A stretch of DNA of 64,000 nt from an uncultured Verrucomicrobiae bacterium. GTDB lineage: Bacteria; Verrucomicrobiota; Verrucomicrobiia; Chthoniobacterales; Chthoniobacteraceae. A model generated the notes under the pieces. That model saw only the letters and a list, made by a program, of their open reading frames with translations, had not been told where the DNA came from and ran no database searches. Every line of letters begins with the position of its first letter. The first letter of the stretch is position 1. The stretch is from contig CAVYGI010000001.1 in the NCBI GenBank assembly GCA_963767975.1, forward strand, positions 19,044 to 83,043, given 5' to 3'. The position numbers and the translations under genes are program-made. Shown piece after piece: positions 22,401 through 30,607 of this stretch.

Positions 22401-23243
22401 CGGCGGCAACGCGGCGCCGAAAACGTGGTCGCCCGCGAGTGCATCGCCGTGCGTGCCGTCGTCAAACATCGGCGTCGAGTTCCAAGTCGCGAGACCGTCG
22501 CCACGGTAGAAAAGCGTGGCATTCACGCCGACCGTTTGCTCGTCGATGATCGTCGCCGTGACAGTAACGAGGTCCGTGTGGCTCGGCACCAAGGGAAAGT
22601 GCGAAATATCAAGAATCACCGGCGCGAGATCGTTGGAGCCGATGCTGTTCGCCGCGCCCGGCGTGCCGCCGTGGACCGAGAGGCTGCCTGCGAGGCTCAT
22701 GTTCCAGTTCTGACCGATGTCGTTGTCGACGGCGGGATTGATCAATTCCAGCGACTTCCCGCCACCGTCCGCTTCGCTCTGCCAGCTCCACCCTTTGTGC
22801 CCATAATCGGCGACCACGTCCTGTTTTCGCACCGCCCAATCCCCATCGTCCGCGTAGCTCACTTCGTCTCGTTTCACGCCGAGATTGTCATTGAGTTGAA
22901 TGCGATTCGCGCTGTTGCTCAGGCGCCCCGCCCAGCCGCCAACGTAGTTGGTCACGCCCGGGTAATTCGCGTGGAAAACCGAGGCATCGGCGGCGATGAC
23001 AAGGTAGCCACCGGGCGCGATACTCGCCCCAATTGGAAACGTAAAGGCGACGCCGTTCGTGAATTTCCAGCCGCTCAAATCGACCGGCGCTCCCCCAGGA
23101 TTGTAGAGTTCGATCCACTCCTCCGTGACCAGTTCCGACGGCGGGTGATACATGATTTCGCTGAGCATCACCTCTGCCTGCGCTGCAATGGGGATGAGGA
23201 GGAAGACTGCGAGGGCGAGGAGCGAGCGGAGGGATGGAGGCAT
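16419..23243 (-). CDS. Giant secreted multidomain protein with five lamin-tail (LTD) modules, a CotH-like region, a beta-helix region and C-terminal TSP3-like Ca-binding repeats
   Basis: Intact 2274-aa ORF with a signal peptide. LTD starts occur at VMLSEIMYHP...EWIELYNPG, VRLNEVLAKN...AIELYNPG, MKINEWLTDE...FIELFNP, LVLNEVLTIH...WIELYNPT and VKVNEWVSSP...WFELFNT. The CotH-like stretch is TRNRGHGSR...YYLYF. The C-terminus carries DTDGDGMSDEWE...DADGDGQSNLAEYLAGTDP. Confidence 0.85.
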   Translation of the reverse strand: MPPSLRSLLALAVFLLIPIAAQAEVMLSEIMYHPPSELVTEEWIELYNPGGAPVDLSGWKFTNGVAFTFPIGASIAPGGYLVIAADASVFHANYPGVTNYVGGWAGRLSNSANRIQLNDNLGVKRDEVSYADDGDWAVRKQDVVADYGHKGWSWQSEADGGGKSLELINPAVDNDIGQNWNMSLAGSLSVHGGTPGAANSIGSNDLAPVILDISHFPLVPSHTDLVTVTATIIDEQTVGVNATLFYRGDGLATWNSTPMFDDGTHGDALAGDHVFGAALPPQANGTIVEFYVSAVDAGAHTRTWPAPAINSAGTPGQFANCLYQVDEATYPGAMPLYKVIMRAADKAELVQINRNTPAAPFATTDQTLSHAKMNTTWITLDGTGSELRYLADTRNRGHGSRTANPQSLNLSFQNARTWKGLTSLNLNTQHTHAQLFGSALMRQSGLPAPDSRQVQVRWNAINHASGGSPSYGFYVANEVQDSDFAAHHFPLDSSGNIYRGNRTDVAPPANTMADAYLEYQAPVAGQTPSDPYRTVFFKKTNSSEDNWTDLIGLTQALAKGHSDASYNTTYDADYVSSVQAKVDVDEWLRFFAVETLIDNSETNISSGYGDDYYLYFGVTDPRARFVPYDLDTICGQGDAVPTPTQHGLFRMIQKDNATANGPTPMNAFIKHPTFAPKYYAHLKALLDGPFAPANFNALVDHVLTGVAPTAQVTSIKTFQTARTAYIATLVPLNVTVTNTQTVAGTALPTQNTFVVSVAPRPATAPASVTNTDPSHCKLIGKSNALTTASVKVNGVTAMWSAWQATWTADSVALNPGVNRILVQSFDLNAVETDRAIQEIWYDDGTTTTVSGTLSTATWTTAGAPYIVSASATIPSGATLTINPGVSVYLASGANLVVANGGKLLAEGTESAPIHFTRTPGATTNWGSIQINGGAGSPETRIAYAHLSFGGGSPQILCTNATVYLDHLTFGATGTSYLHLDGSSFLVSNCTFPPTTAAFEPVHGTGGVKTGGYGIVRDSFFGTSSGYSDIVDFTGGNRTAQPLIQFYNNVFMGSTDDILDIDGTDAWIEGNIFLHSHKNGSPDTSAAVSGGNDSGNESEITIIGNIFYDCDCMITAKQGNFYTMLNNTMVRQSRVGGTETRGGVVNLADDGVAQGAGTYLEGNIIADIESLDRSYSPALTSILTFKNNILPFGWSGPGTGNVVADPRFKHVPNLSETNFTTFAQAQIMRDWFSLLPGSPGIGTGPLGRDQGGVVNHGAFIGGVPNGTTTSRTATLTVGPNATGSSIPAGPWPNGSGFTNYQWSLDGGTLSAEASITTPISLSGLANGPHTVTVTAKNDVGLYQDDPKLGSHATATISKTWTVDPSYVPPPSPGVRLNEVLAKNTESISVGSPATYPDAIELYNPGTAATVLTGMMLRDGATPSNSFTFPTGTPDLAPGAFRVIYADSDLTAGHTGFGFKQSGDTLTLTTSTGTIIDTVTFGAQLADYSIGRRSTDGAWDLCTPTFGAANVVAAQSTSAAMKINEWLTDERAGTDFIELFNPAALPVNIGSHYLTNNPVENVSVSPLRPLTFIAAGGYASFKADNDAEQGADHLAFKLTPNQGEIGFFDPSQRLIDSIIYGSQSTDVSQGRTPNGASIFAYFNQPTPGAPNPGVVSGTGGTTTVNLIPATQQWRYFSGVSGAPPNDAQGHTFIEPIFSDTSWSGPSSQLLYIEETDLSGNGEGFVQSTALPQIASKRPYQTYYFRTHFSYAGSLSGASLRATVMVDDGCVLYLNGNEVVPTNPAGRIGMASGAVTWSTLSNRNVGNASPETFILPASKLIVGDNVLVAEVHQTETQSGTPFSSDIVWGMKLDAVLPVASTSSSLVLNEVLTIHTTAPNPDGSLFGWIELYNPTSDALDISDVSLTNNVSVPRKWVAPANTIIPADGYLVIQCDGLAAPSATNSGFNLNGSGDGVFLFHKLAEGGGLQDSVVFGQQLPDRAVGRVANGVGSFVLTLPTSGASNTAAGLGAIISVKVNEWVSSPNTPPGWFELFNTSAQPILLSGNFLTDNLSKRDKFQIPPLTFIGGIGASRWLQLIADNDSSGTPNHVNFTLNTSGEAIGIFNAAGVQLEAISFPAQSLGASGGRFPDGGAISNTLMPTPGTANLQAAADTDGDGMSDEWESAHGFDPNNPNDSSLDADGDGQSNLAEYLAGTDPRSATSKFALSVTTSVPGQTHIQFIAEPSKGYTIQFKNLLSDPAWTKFTDIAPQAASHAVDVTDSTTGIGQRFYRVATPIQQ

Positions 23244-23385
23244 GGCTTTGCGAAGGGGAAGACTCGTCAGCAGGCGTGAGGGCTCGCCAGCTGAGTTGTT
23301 TCAGCGTAGCGCAACGTCGTGATAACGCAGAGCGAATTGAAATGACGAAATCAGCAGCAGCCTCCAGAAGTGGCCAGCCCCGCGG

Positions 23386-24465
23386 TCAAAGCCACTTCTT
23401 TCGACGAAAGAAAAGGAGCTGCGCCACGGCGATGCTGAGCATGAGCAAGAGACAGCCAATGTAACCGAAGGGCGTGTGCAGCTCGGGCATGTTCAACGGC
23501 ATCTTGCCTTCAGCATAGTCGAAGTTCATCCCATAAACTCCGGCGATGAAGGTCAGCGGGATGAAGATCGCCGAAATGACGGTGAGCACGCGCATGATCT
23601 CATTGGTGCGCAGACTGACGCTGGAGAGATACATTTCGAGCAAGCCGGCCGTGACATCGCGGTAGCTCTCGATGAGGTCCATGATCTGCACCGTGTGGTC
23701 GTAGCAGTCGCGGATGAAGACTTTCGTCGGCTGCGCGATTAGCCCCGTTTCATCGTGAAGCAGCGCACTCATCACGTCGCGCTCCGGCCAGACGAACCGT
23801 CGCAGTTGCATCAGAGTGCGCCGGTGTTCGTGGAGGATAACAATGCAACCTTGCGTCGGCTTGGCGAGCAGTTCGTTCTCCAGTTCTTCCATCGCTTCGC
23901 CGAGTTCCTCGAGCACGGGAAAACAGTGATCGACGATGGAATCGAGCAGCGCATACGCGAGGTAATCGGCCTTCAGTTTCCGAATGAAACCGCGCCCGCT
24001 GCGGATGCGTTCGCGCACGGGCTGAAAGGTGTCGATGTCGTCCTCCTCCTGAATGGAGACGAGGAAGTTCGGCCCGAGAAAAATGCTGACCTGCTCGCCG
24101 CAAAGCTGGCGCTCGCGGTCGCGGTAAATCATCTGCGCGACGATGAACAAATGCTGATCGTAGGGCTCCATCTTGGGCCGCTGGCCCGTGTGAAACACAT
24201 CTTCCAAAGCGAGTGGGTGGAGATTGAAGCGCTGGCCGAGCGCTTTCAGCTCATCGGTATCACCCAGCCCGTTCATCTCGATCCAGCGCACTTTTCCATC
24301 GTCGGGAAAATCGGGGATGTCGGCCACCCGAGCCAGCTTCCGTTCCTCCAGATGCTCGGCGTCGTATTCCACTAACCGCAGGACAGGCTTGTAAGTTTGG
24401 CCCGGGTGCAGCGGCGTCAAGTCAGCCGGAGCGGTCCCCGGCTTCGAATAACGCATCTTGAACAT
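23386..24465 (-). CDS. corA: Magnesium/cobalt transporter CorA
   Basis: 359-aa ORF with two C-terminal TM helices and the YGMNF signature. Confidence 0.9.
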   Translation of the reverse strand: MFKMRYSKPGTAPADLTPLHPGQTYKPVLRLVEYDAEHLEERKLARVADIPDFPDDGKVRWIEMNGLGDTDELKALGQRFNLHPLALEDVFHTGQRPKMEPYDQHLFIVAQMIYRDRERQLCGEQVSIFLGPNFLVSIQEEDDIDTFQPVRERIRSGRGFIRKLKADYLAYALLDSIVDHCFPVLEELGEAMEELENELLAKPTQGCIVILHEHRRTLMQLRRFVWPERDVMSALLHDETGLIAQPTKVFIRDCYDHTVQIMDLIESYRDVTAGLLEMYLSSVSLRTNEIMRVLTVISAIFIPLTFIAGVYGMNFDYAEGKMPLNMPELHTPFGYIGCLLLMLSIAVAQLLFFRRKKWL

Positions 24466-24509
24466 TGGCGCGCGAAACTAGAGGACTGCGGAAAAAAGGG
24501 AAGCAGCCC

Positions 24510-25673
24510 TTACGGAACGCGACGAAGAGCGATCGCCGCCACGTCATCCGGCAAAGCTTGCTCACCAGCGCGCTCTGTCATCGCGGCGATCGTGTGCTCC
24601 AAAAAATCGGACGCCGAAGACGTCGTCCGCGGTAGGAAATTTTGCGCATCGGCGGGAGTCAGGCGCTCGGCTGCCGCGCCTTTCATGCTGTAGAGGCCAT
24701 CCGTGTAAAGCAGCAGCGTATCGCCTGGACCCACGCGCAGCCTCGTCTCTTCGCACCGCTGCTGCGCGCGAATTCCAATCGGCGGCGTTTGCGAAGCGAT
24801 GGCCTCGACGCGGCCATCTGCTCGCGCCAGCAACAGCGGCGGATGTCCCGCACCCGAAAAACTCACTTCGTCCGAACCCGGACGCAAGACGAGACAACCC
24901 GCGGTGAGAAAGGAGCGGCCTTTGAACACCGAAAACACATCGGCGTTCACCGCATCGAGGATCGCGCACGACGATGTCCCCTCCGTGGCGGCATGGCGGA
25001 AAACGAGCTTGGTGAAAGTGGTCAGCAGCGCCGCGGCTGCGCCGTGCCCTGTCGCATCCGCGATCCAGACTAGCCACGAGCCATCGCCCAGCCGCAGCCA
25101 ATCGTAGACATCACCGCCGACCTGAATGAGCGGCTGATAATGCGCCGCGAGATCCCAACCAGCGATCCCCGGCGGGCGGGACGGAAGGATCGCCTGCTGC
25201 GTCAGCCGCGCCGCGTCGAGATCGAGTTCATGCCGCTCGCGAGCGCTCTCGAGTTCGGCATTCTGGTCCTGCAACTGCGCGCGCAGAGCATGCAGGCGCA
25301 GATGCGTTTCGATGCGTGCCTTCAAGATCGCGACATTGACCGGCTTTGTCACAAAATCGTCCGCACCCGCGGCCAGGCATTCGAGCTCGTGATCCTCGCC
25401 GGTGTGGGCGGTCAGCAAGATGATCGGCAGCGAAGAAATCGCCGGGTTCTGATGCCCGCGAACCCGCTCGCAGACCTGCGCTCCGGTCAGGTCGGGCATG
25501 CTGTAATCCAGCACGAGCAGCATTGGTTCACCGCGTTCCACGATGGCCAGCGCCTCTCCACCGGTCGCGCATTGGATGATCCGGAACCCCGCCTTTCCCA
25601 ACGTGCGCGCGAGCAACTGCCGACTGAGCCCATCGTCATCAACGACAAGAATCGGGGTGGTGAAATCGATCAT
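24510..25673 (-). CDS. Response regulator receiver fused to a PP2C/SpoIIE-type phosphatase (RsbU-like)
   Basis: ORF 24510-25784. Preferred start is ATG 25673 (MIDFTTPILVVDDDGLS). The receiver shows LLVLDYSMPDLTG. The PP2C part shows GGDVYDW, ADATGHG and LLLYTDGL. Confidence 0.85.
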   Translation of the reverse strand: MIDFTTPILVVDDDGLSRQLLARTLGKAGFRIIQCATGGEALAIVERGEPMLLVLDYSMPDLTGAQVCERVRGHQNPAISSLPIILLTAHTGEDHELECLAAGADDFVTKPVNVAILKARIETHLRLHALRAQLQDQNAELESARERHELDLDAARLTQQAILPSRPPGIAGWDLAAHYQPLIQVGGDVYDWLRLGDGSWLVWIADATGHGAAAALLTTFTKLVFRHAATEGTSSCAILDAVNADVFSVFKGRSFLTAGCLVLRPGSDEVSFSGAGHPPLLLARADGRVEAIASQTPPIGIRAQQRCEETRLRVGPGDTLLLYTDGLYSMKGAAAERLTPADAQNFLPRTTSSASDFLEHTIAAMTERAGEQALPDDVAAIALRRVP

Positions 25674-25801
25674 GGTCTTCGGTGGGAGAATCGGAGCCGA
25701 CCCTGCCCGCGGCCCCTCGGGCATACCAACTGAATCCCAAGAATTCGCCACGGAATCGACCACCCGTTGACAACCCTCCGGCACATTTCGATAGTTCGCA
25801 G

Positions 25802-26554
25802 ATGAGCCTTGATTTGAATGACCTGCTGCGCGATTGGCCGCACGAGCCGGGCCTCATCAAGGTGCGGAAGATCCTCGGCAGCGACGGCCGTGAAAAGCTG
25901 CAACTGCGCATCGACCTCGGTCTGATCCAGATGGAAATGTCCGGACGCCCCGACGGTGCGGAGCCGCACGACTGCGAGTCCCTGCTGGAATTTCACCAGG
26001 CTCGAGCACTCAAGGCCGAGAAGAAAAGCGAAACGCTGACGCTGACTCCCGAGGAGATCGGCGAGATGCAGCAGGAAGGAATTCAGTATTACCACCGCTA
26101 TATTTCCCTCTTTCAGCTCAGCGATTATCTCGGGGTGATTCGCGACACGAATCGCAATCTAGAAATGTTCGAGTTCGTCGCGAAACATTCACCTTCCGAA
26201 GAACTCGCGTGGTCCGTCGAGCAATTCACGCCTTACGTGCGCATGATGAATACGCGTGCCAAAGCCACAATCGCGATCGAGCGCGAGGACTTTCAGGAGG
26301 CGATGAAGTTGATTGAAAAAGGGATGGAGAAAATCCGCGCGTTTTACGCAGAGACCGGAAACGTCGAACTCGAGGCGCAAAGCCCTGAACTCTCCTTTCT
26401 CGCGGAGTGGCTCGAAGAAGTGCGCTCACGTCAGCCGCTGACCAAGCTGGAAAAGATGCAGCGGGAAATGGACAAGGCCATCGCCTCGGAAGCCTACGAA
26501 AAAGCCGCCGAGCTGCGCGACGCCATCCGCGCGCACCAACACCGCCGCGCATAG
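25802..26554 (+). CDS. UVR (UvrB/UvrC motif) domain-containing protein
   Basis: ATG at 25802 (MSLDLNDLLRDWPHEP). The C-terminal KMQREMDKAIASEAYEKAAELRDAI is a UVR motif. Confidence 0.65.
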   Translation: MSLDLNDLLRDWPHEPGLIKVRKILGSDGREKLQLRIDLGLIQMEMSGRPDGAEPHDCESLLEFHQARALKAEKKSETLTLTPEEIGEMQQEGIQYYHRYISLFQLSDYLGVIRDTNRNLEMFEFVAKHSPSEELAWSVEQFTPYVRMMNTRAKATIAIEREDFQEAMKLIEKGMEKIRAFYAETGNVELEAQSPELSFLAEWLEEVRSRQPLTKLEKMQREMDKAIASEAYEKAAELRDAIRAHQHRRA

Positions 26555-26602
26555 TCTTCCGGGAGCGTCGGAGCATCCGGTCAGACCGAATATGTTTTGC
26601 CA

Positions 26603-26637
26603 AAAAAGAAGGGCCGACATTTCTGTCGGCCCTTTGG
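26603..26637. terminator. Bidirectional rho-independent terminator between convergent genes
   Basis: Perfect hairpin: GGGCCGACA (26611-26619), loop TTTC, TGTCGGCCC (26624-26632). It is flanked by an A-run upstream (CAAAAAAGAA) and TTTGG downstream. It sits between the stop at 26554 (+) and the stop at 26658 (-). Confidence 0.75.
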
Positions 26638-26657
26638 TCTGTTGAATCAACCGTTAG

Positions 26658-26843
26658 CTAAAGCTTCTCGAGCATGCTGCGGACTTCTTCCTTGTCCTGC
26701 CCGAGGCGCTGCTGAAGACGGCCGAGAAGCTCGTCTTCCTTGCCCTCGGCAAAGGTCAAATCATCGTCCGTGAGCTGTCCATACTTCTGCTTCAACTTCC
26801 CTTTGAGCTCGTTCCAATTTCCTTTGAGATTGAGATTAGTCAT
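26658..26843 (-). CDS. CsbD-family stress-response protein
   Basis: 61-aa ORF: GNWNELKGKLKQKYGQLTDDDL...GKEDELLGRLQQRLG, the canonical CsbD pattern. Confidence 0.85.
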   Translation of the reverse strand: MTNLNLKGNWNELKGKLKQKYGQLTDDDLTFAEGKEDELLGRLQQRLGQDKEEVRSMLEKL

Positions 26844-26899
26844 ACCTCTGAATCGGCTTCCTGCAGCCCGACGGACGTGAACTCACACGCCGGAGGGAT

Positions 26900-27892
26900 T
26901 CACTTCGCGTAGTCCGCGGGCTTCTTCCCCTTCACTTCGCTGCCAAAGCCGTATGGCGTCGGATTGAACTTCCCGACCACATCGACATTTGCCTTCGCTG
27001 GCACCTCGAGTCCAACCGCCCAATATGCGCCATTCACAATCAAGCGACGCAGCCCTTCGTTCGGCAAATCGGACGCCGCGCCCATCGTCGTCAACAGCAC
27101 CTTCGTGGTTTTGCCCGCGTCGTTTTTGATCTCGCGACTCCACACAATCGGCATCATCGGATCGTTGATCCCCTGCTCCACTTTGTCGGTCGAGCGCTTC
27201 TTTTTGTTGTCGGCTGGCTCATCGGTCGGCGTCATGCCATTCAAGACCTGGCCACGCACGAGGATCGTGGCATCGGCGGCGGGATACGCTTCGTAGACGT
27301 CGGTCGTTCCGAAAATGTCCGACACGCCGCGGAGCAACGGATTGTTTTTCTGCGACTCTTCGATGATGCCGCGCGTCGCCTGCGATTTGTGCCCACCCCA
27401 GTGGTTCACCCACCGCTCACCGAGCACATTCTTGCCGAAGTCGTTGAATGCCTTGTAAGTCCCCTGCAAGCCCGAAAAAGCGTGCGTGCTCGTGCGCAGC
27501 CCGATGAACGGCTTGCCCGCCGCGTGGTAGTCGGCGAAGTGCTTCATCTGCTCATCCGGCCAGCGCCGGAAGCGGAGCGAAGTGATGCACAAGTCGGCTT
27601 TGTCGAGCGCCTCGAGACCGGGCTGGTTGTCTGCCGTCTTCGGGTCGATGTCCCCGGTTTCCTTGTTGATGGAAAAGGAGACCGTGCAGGTAAACCCGTG
27701 CCGTTCGCTGAGAATTCTCGCGAGTTGCGGCATTGCCTCTTCGCTTCGGTATTCCTCGTCACCGGCAAGAAGAACGATGTGCTTCCCTTTGCCCGGACCC
27801 TCCTTCCCTTCGAGAGTGATGGTCGAAGAATCCGCGCCGAGGGCCGCGAAGCTGAAGGCAGTGAACGAGAGGAATGTGCTGAGGAGTTTCAT
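26900..27892 (-). CDS. ThuA-like (class I glutamine amidotransferase-like fold) secreted protein
   Basis: ORF 26900-27928. ATG at 27892 gives the signal peptide MKLLSTFLSFTAFSFAALG. Also has HIVLLAGDEEYRSEE and TTMGAASDLPNEGLRRLIVNGAYWAVG. The family call is by pattern memory. Confidence 0.55.
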   Translation of the reverse strand: MKLLSTFLSFTAFSFAALGADSSTITLEGKEGPGKGKHIVLLAGDEEYRSEEAMPQLARILSERHGFTCTVSFSINKETGDIDPKTADNQPGLEALDKADLCITSLRFRRWPDEQMKHFADYHAAGKPFIGLRTSTHAFSGLQGTYKAFNDFGKNVLGERWVNHWGGHKSQATRGIIEESQKNNPLLRGVSDIFGTTDVYEAYPAADATILVRGQVLNGMTPTDEPADNKKKRSTDKVEQGINDPMMPIVWSREIKNDAGKTTKVLLTTMGAASDLPNEGLRRLIVNGAYWAVGLEVPAKANVDVVGKFNPTPYGFGSEVKGKKPADYAK

Positions 27893-27943
27893 GCCGAGAT
27901 GGCATAAAGCAGCCGCCGTTTCACGCAAGAACTACGTGCCGGG

Positions 27944-30154
27944 TCAGCGCGTGATCTTCACGCGCAGATAGCGCGGCAGACCGACGGAGACGAGGGCATT
28001 GTCGCGCACGACGATGACCTCAACCGGCCCGTTGCTGCGGCTCACTTCGGTGGTGTTTTCATTCGTCGGCACCGTGTTCGCCGCGGAGTAAGTCGATCCG
28101 TCGAGCCAAGTCACCAAATCGCTCGAGACCTGCACCGTGTAAGTCAGGTCCGTCGCCGCAGACACGCGCGGAAAGCTGATGGCCAGATGATCTGCGACGA
28201 TCGACCCCACCGGTCCGGGGCGCGAGATCGGATCGACGGGCTCGCCGCCGTAGCCAAATTCCTCGACGTTCGCGCGGCCATCGGCATCCGCGTCGTCGAG
28301 GGCGTTTGTCTGCAAAAGCGTGCTCCCAAATTTCGCCACCCGCCACGCGATGTAGGGCGTTTCTTTGATCGCGACCGTCACGGTTTTCGTGCTCCCGAGG
28401 GACACCCCGCCCAGCGGATTCGTGAGCGTGACGGAAAAGCTTTCGTCGCCTTCCAAAACGGCGTCATTGACGATCGGAATGCTGATTGTGCGCGGTGTTG
28501 CGTCGTTCGCTGGCCAGCTCACTGTTCCCGAGGTGCTCGCGAAATCGCTGCCTGTGGCCGCGGTCCCCGCCGCCGTAGTGTAGTCCACGGAAATCGCCGC
28601 CGTCATCGCACCGCTGCGGGTCAGTGTCAGCGTGGCTGTGCCCGCATCTTCCACGACACTCGAGACCGCACTCGTGAATTCCACCGTCTCGGGCATCAAA
28701 TAACTTACCTCCAACGACGGCTTCGCGCTGCCCTCCGAGGAAACCCATGTCCAACTGTCCGTACCCGTCGCCAACAGGAGCCAGCCGTAATTGGGCGTTC
28801 CATTCAGCCAGCCTTGCACGGACGCAGTGACGTCAAAAGATACCGCAGTCCCCGGCGAGCCCGGCACCGCGCCGAAGATCGGCGCCGATTCCGCTTCGAT
28901 ACCGTCGGCGCTCAACCCGGCGCTCTGGTTCGTCCAGGTCGCACTTTCCGTCCAAGGCACCAGCATTCGATGCAGATTCGTGCGCGTAAAAGACGCATCG
29001 TTCGAGGTGGTCAGGATGAGTTTTGAGGAAAGCAAAACCGCCCCCGGCGGCAACTGCGTGGATGCGCTGCCGATGACGTCATCGAACCGCACGAGGGACT
29101 GCCGGCGCTGTCCTGCGGTTTGCAGGGTCGTCAGCGCAGCCGCACCGCCGAAAGTGTTGTTCGGTGCCGGCTCCGAAACCATCGCGTCGTGAGTCCCCGC
29201 ATAACCCCCGGTGCCGTTGGTGAAGGTCAGCGTCATCGGCGATGGCTCGCCGGTGAAGGATCCGACGATCGGCGACACCCGTGCGGCGCTGCCGGCATGC
29301 GCCACCCCCGCGCTGTCTTCGATGGTTCGCAGCAGATTGTGCAGCGTCCAAGTCCCTGCATTTGTGCCGACAGCCACGTTGGCACCGTAAAAAATAGTCG
29401 CGATGCGGTTGGACGCCTGGAATCCATCCTCGTCCCACGTCACAATCAAGAGGCTGTTGTGCGTTTTCGCCCACGTCGCGTAGGCGCTCAGATTCGCCGC
29501 CAGCCAGTTGTCGCCGTTGCGAATGAGCTGCTGCGGAGTTTCGCCACCGACGCCGTGCATGTTGTGCTCCTCGGATGGAATCACAAACGCGACGCGCGGC
29601 AGCGTGGTAAAATCAGTGGGAAATGCCGTGAATGGCTGGAAGGTCTCGGGCGGCAAACGGTTCGGCGGGGTTGGCATCGTGGCGTCGATCCAGTTGGCCC
29701 ACGGGTTGTGCTTTCGGACATACGTCGAGCCCGGCGGGGTCCCGGTCGCACTCACCGTCATCGCATCGCCCATCGATGGCAGCCCATCCGCAAACGCCAC
29801 GAACGACCTGCCCGCAGCTCGCAGATTCGCGCCGAGATTCGCGGTGGAGAGCGGATAGCCGGCTACCGGCCCGTTATCGACCGCCCCCTGATTGTCTCCG
29901 GAGAAAAGCTCCAGATAATTGGGCTGACTCGGATGCGTGATCGCGCGCATTCCGGTCAGCGAAGAGCCTCCAGAGGCGAGGCTGTTGATGTAGGGCGCGT
30001 CCGGACTTCCGATGATCGAAGAATAGTTTTCGTTTTCCTCGACCACGATGACGATGTGATCGAAGACCGGCGGCGCGGCCATGGTGGGGAAAGCCGCGGC
30101 GATCACGCCACACGCGAGCAGCCACCGATTCCAAGTGCGATTTAATCCGGCCAT
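27944..30154 (-). CDS. Secreted phosphoesterase-family (acid phosphatase/phospholipase C-like) protein with a Calx-beta domain
   Basis: ORF 27944-30187, with an alternative ATG at 30154. The N-terminal FDHIVIVVEENENYSSIIG...HPSQPNYLELFSG fits the phosphoesterase family. The Calx-beta part is VEFTSAVSSVVEDAGTATLTLTRSG...ISVDYTTAAGTAATGSDF...NDAVLEGDESFSVTL. Confidence 0.75.
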   Translation of the reverse strand: MAGLNRTWNRWLLACGVIAAAFPTMAAPPVFDHIVIVVEENENYSSIIGSPDAPYINSLASGGSSLTGMRAITHPSQPNYLELFSGDNQGAVDNGPVAGYPLSTANLGANLRAAGRSFVAFADGLPSMGDAMTVSATGTPPGSTYVRKHNPWANWIDATMPTPPNRLPPETFQPFTAFPTDFTTLPRVAFVIPSEEHNMHGVGGETPQQLIRNGDNWLAANLSAYATWAKTHNSLLIVTWDEDGFQASNRIATIFYGANVAVGTNAGTWTLHNLLRTIEDSAGVAHAGSAARVSPIVGSFTGEPSPMTLTFTNGTGGYAGTHDAMVSEPAPNNTFGGAAALTTLQTAGQRRQSLVRFDDVIGSASTQLPPGAVLLSSKLILTTSNDASFTRTNLHRMLVPWTESATWTNQSAGLSADGIEAESAPIFGAVPGSPGTAVSFDVTASVQGWLNGTPNYGWLLLATGTDSWTWVSSEGSAKPSLEVSYLMPETVEFTSAVSSVVEDAGTATLTLTRSGAMTAAISVDYTTAAGTAATGSDFASTSGTVSWPANDATPRTISIPIVNDAVLEGDESFSVTLTNPLGGVSLGSTKTVTVAIKETPYIAWRVAKFGSTLLQTNALDDADADGRANVEEFGYGGEPVDPISRPGPVGSIVADHLAISFPRVSAATDLTYTVQVSSDLVTWLDGSTYSAANTVPTNENTTEVSRSNGPVEVIVVRDNALVSVGLPRYLRVKITR

Positions 30155-30345
30155 GGGTCTGGGGGGTCTGCGCCGCAGGGCACTCACCTCACACTGCGCA
30201 GCCGCATTTTTGCCGCGAATTCCGGAACCTCAAGCCCTGATCGATCTCAGTGTCAAAAAAAACGCCCTCATCCGCGCCGGAGCACGCGCAAAAACGCGCT
30301 TGCAATGCCGCTCTTTGCGCCGCAATTTCCACCCCTCTTTTCCAT

Positions 30346-30418
30346 GGGGTCTTAGCTCAGTTGGTAGAGCGCCGCAATGGCATTGCGGAGGTCAGGGGTT
30401 CGAACCCCCTAGGCTCCA
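30346..30418 (+). tRNA. tRNA-Ala (anticodon GGC)
   Basis: Hand-folded cloverleaf: GGGGTCT/TA/GCTC-AGTTGGTA-GAGC/G/CCGCA-ATGGCAT-TGCGG/AGGTC/AGGGG-TTCGAAC-CCCCT/AGGCTCC/A. The G3:U70 pair (Ala identity element) is present. No encoded CCA. Confidence 0.9.
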
Positions 30419-30607
30419 CTTTTCCTAAACAGCTCCGGCTGAGGAACGTGTGATCGGCTCGTTTCCACTGCACGCTTTGACCGAACATCTGGCTACCCTC
30501 CCGGGACTCGGAAAAGGGACGCCACGCTCCGCCTTGATCCCGTCGTGGAAACATGAAGGCTGCGCGGTATCCCCATGATCTTCTGCTGACCTTACCCCTC
30601 CCCTCCG

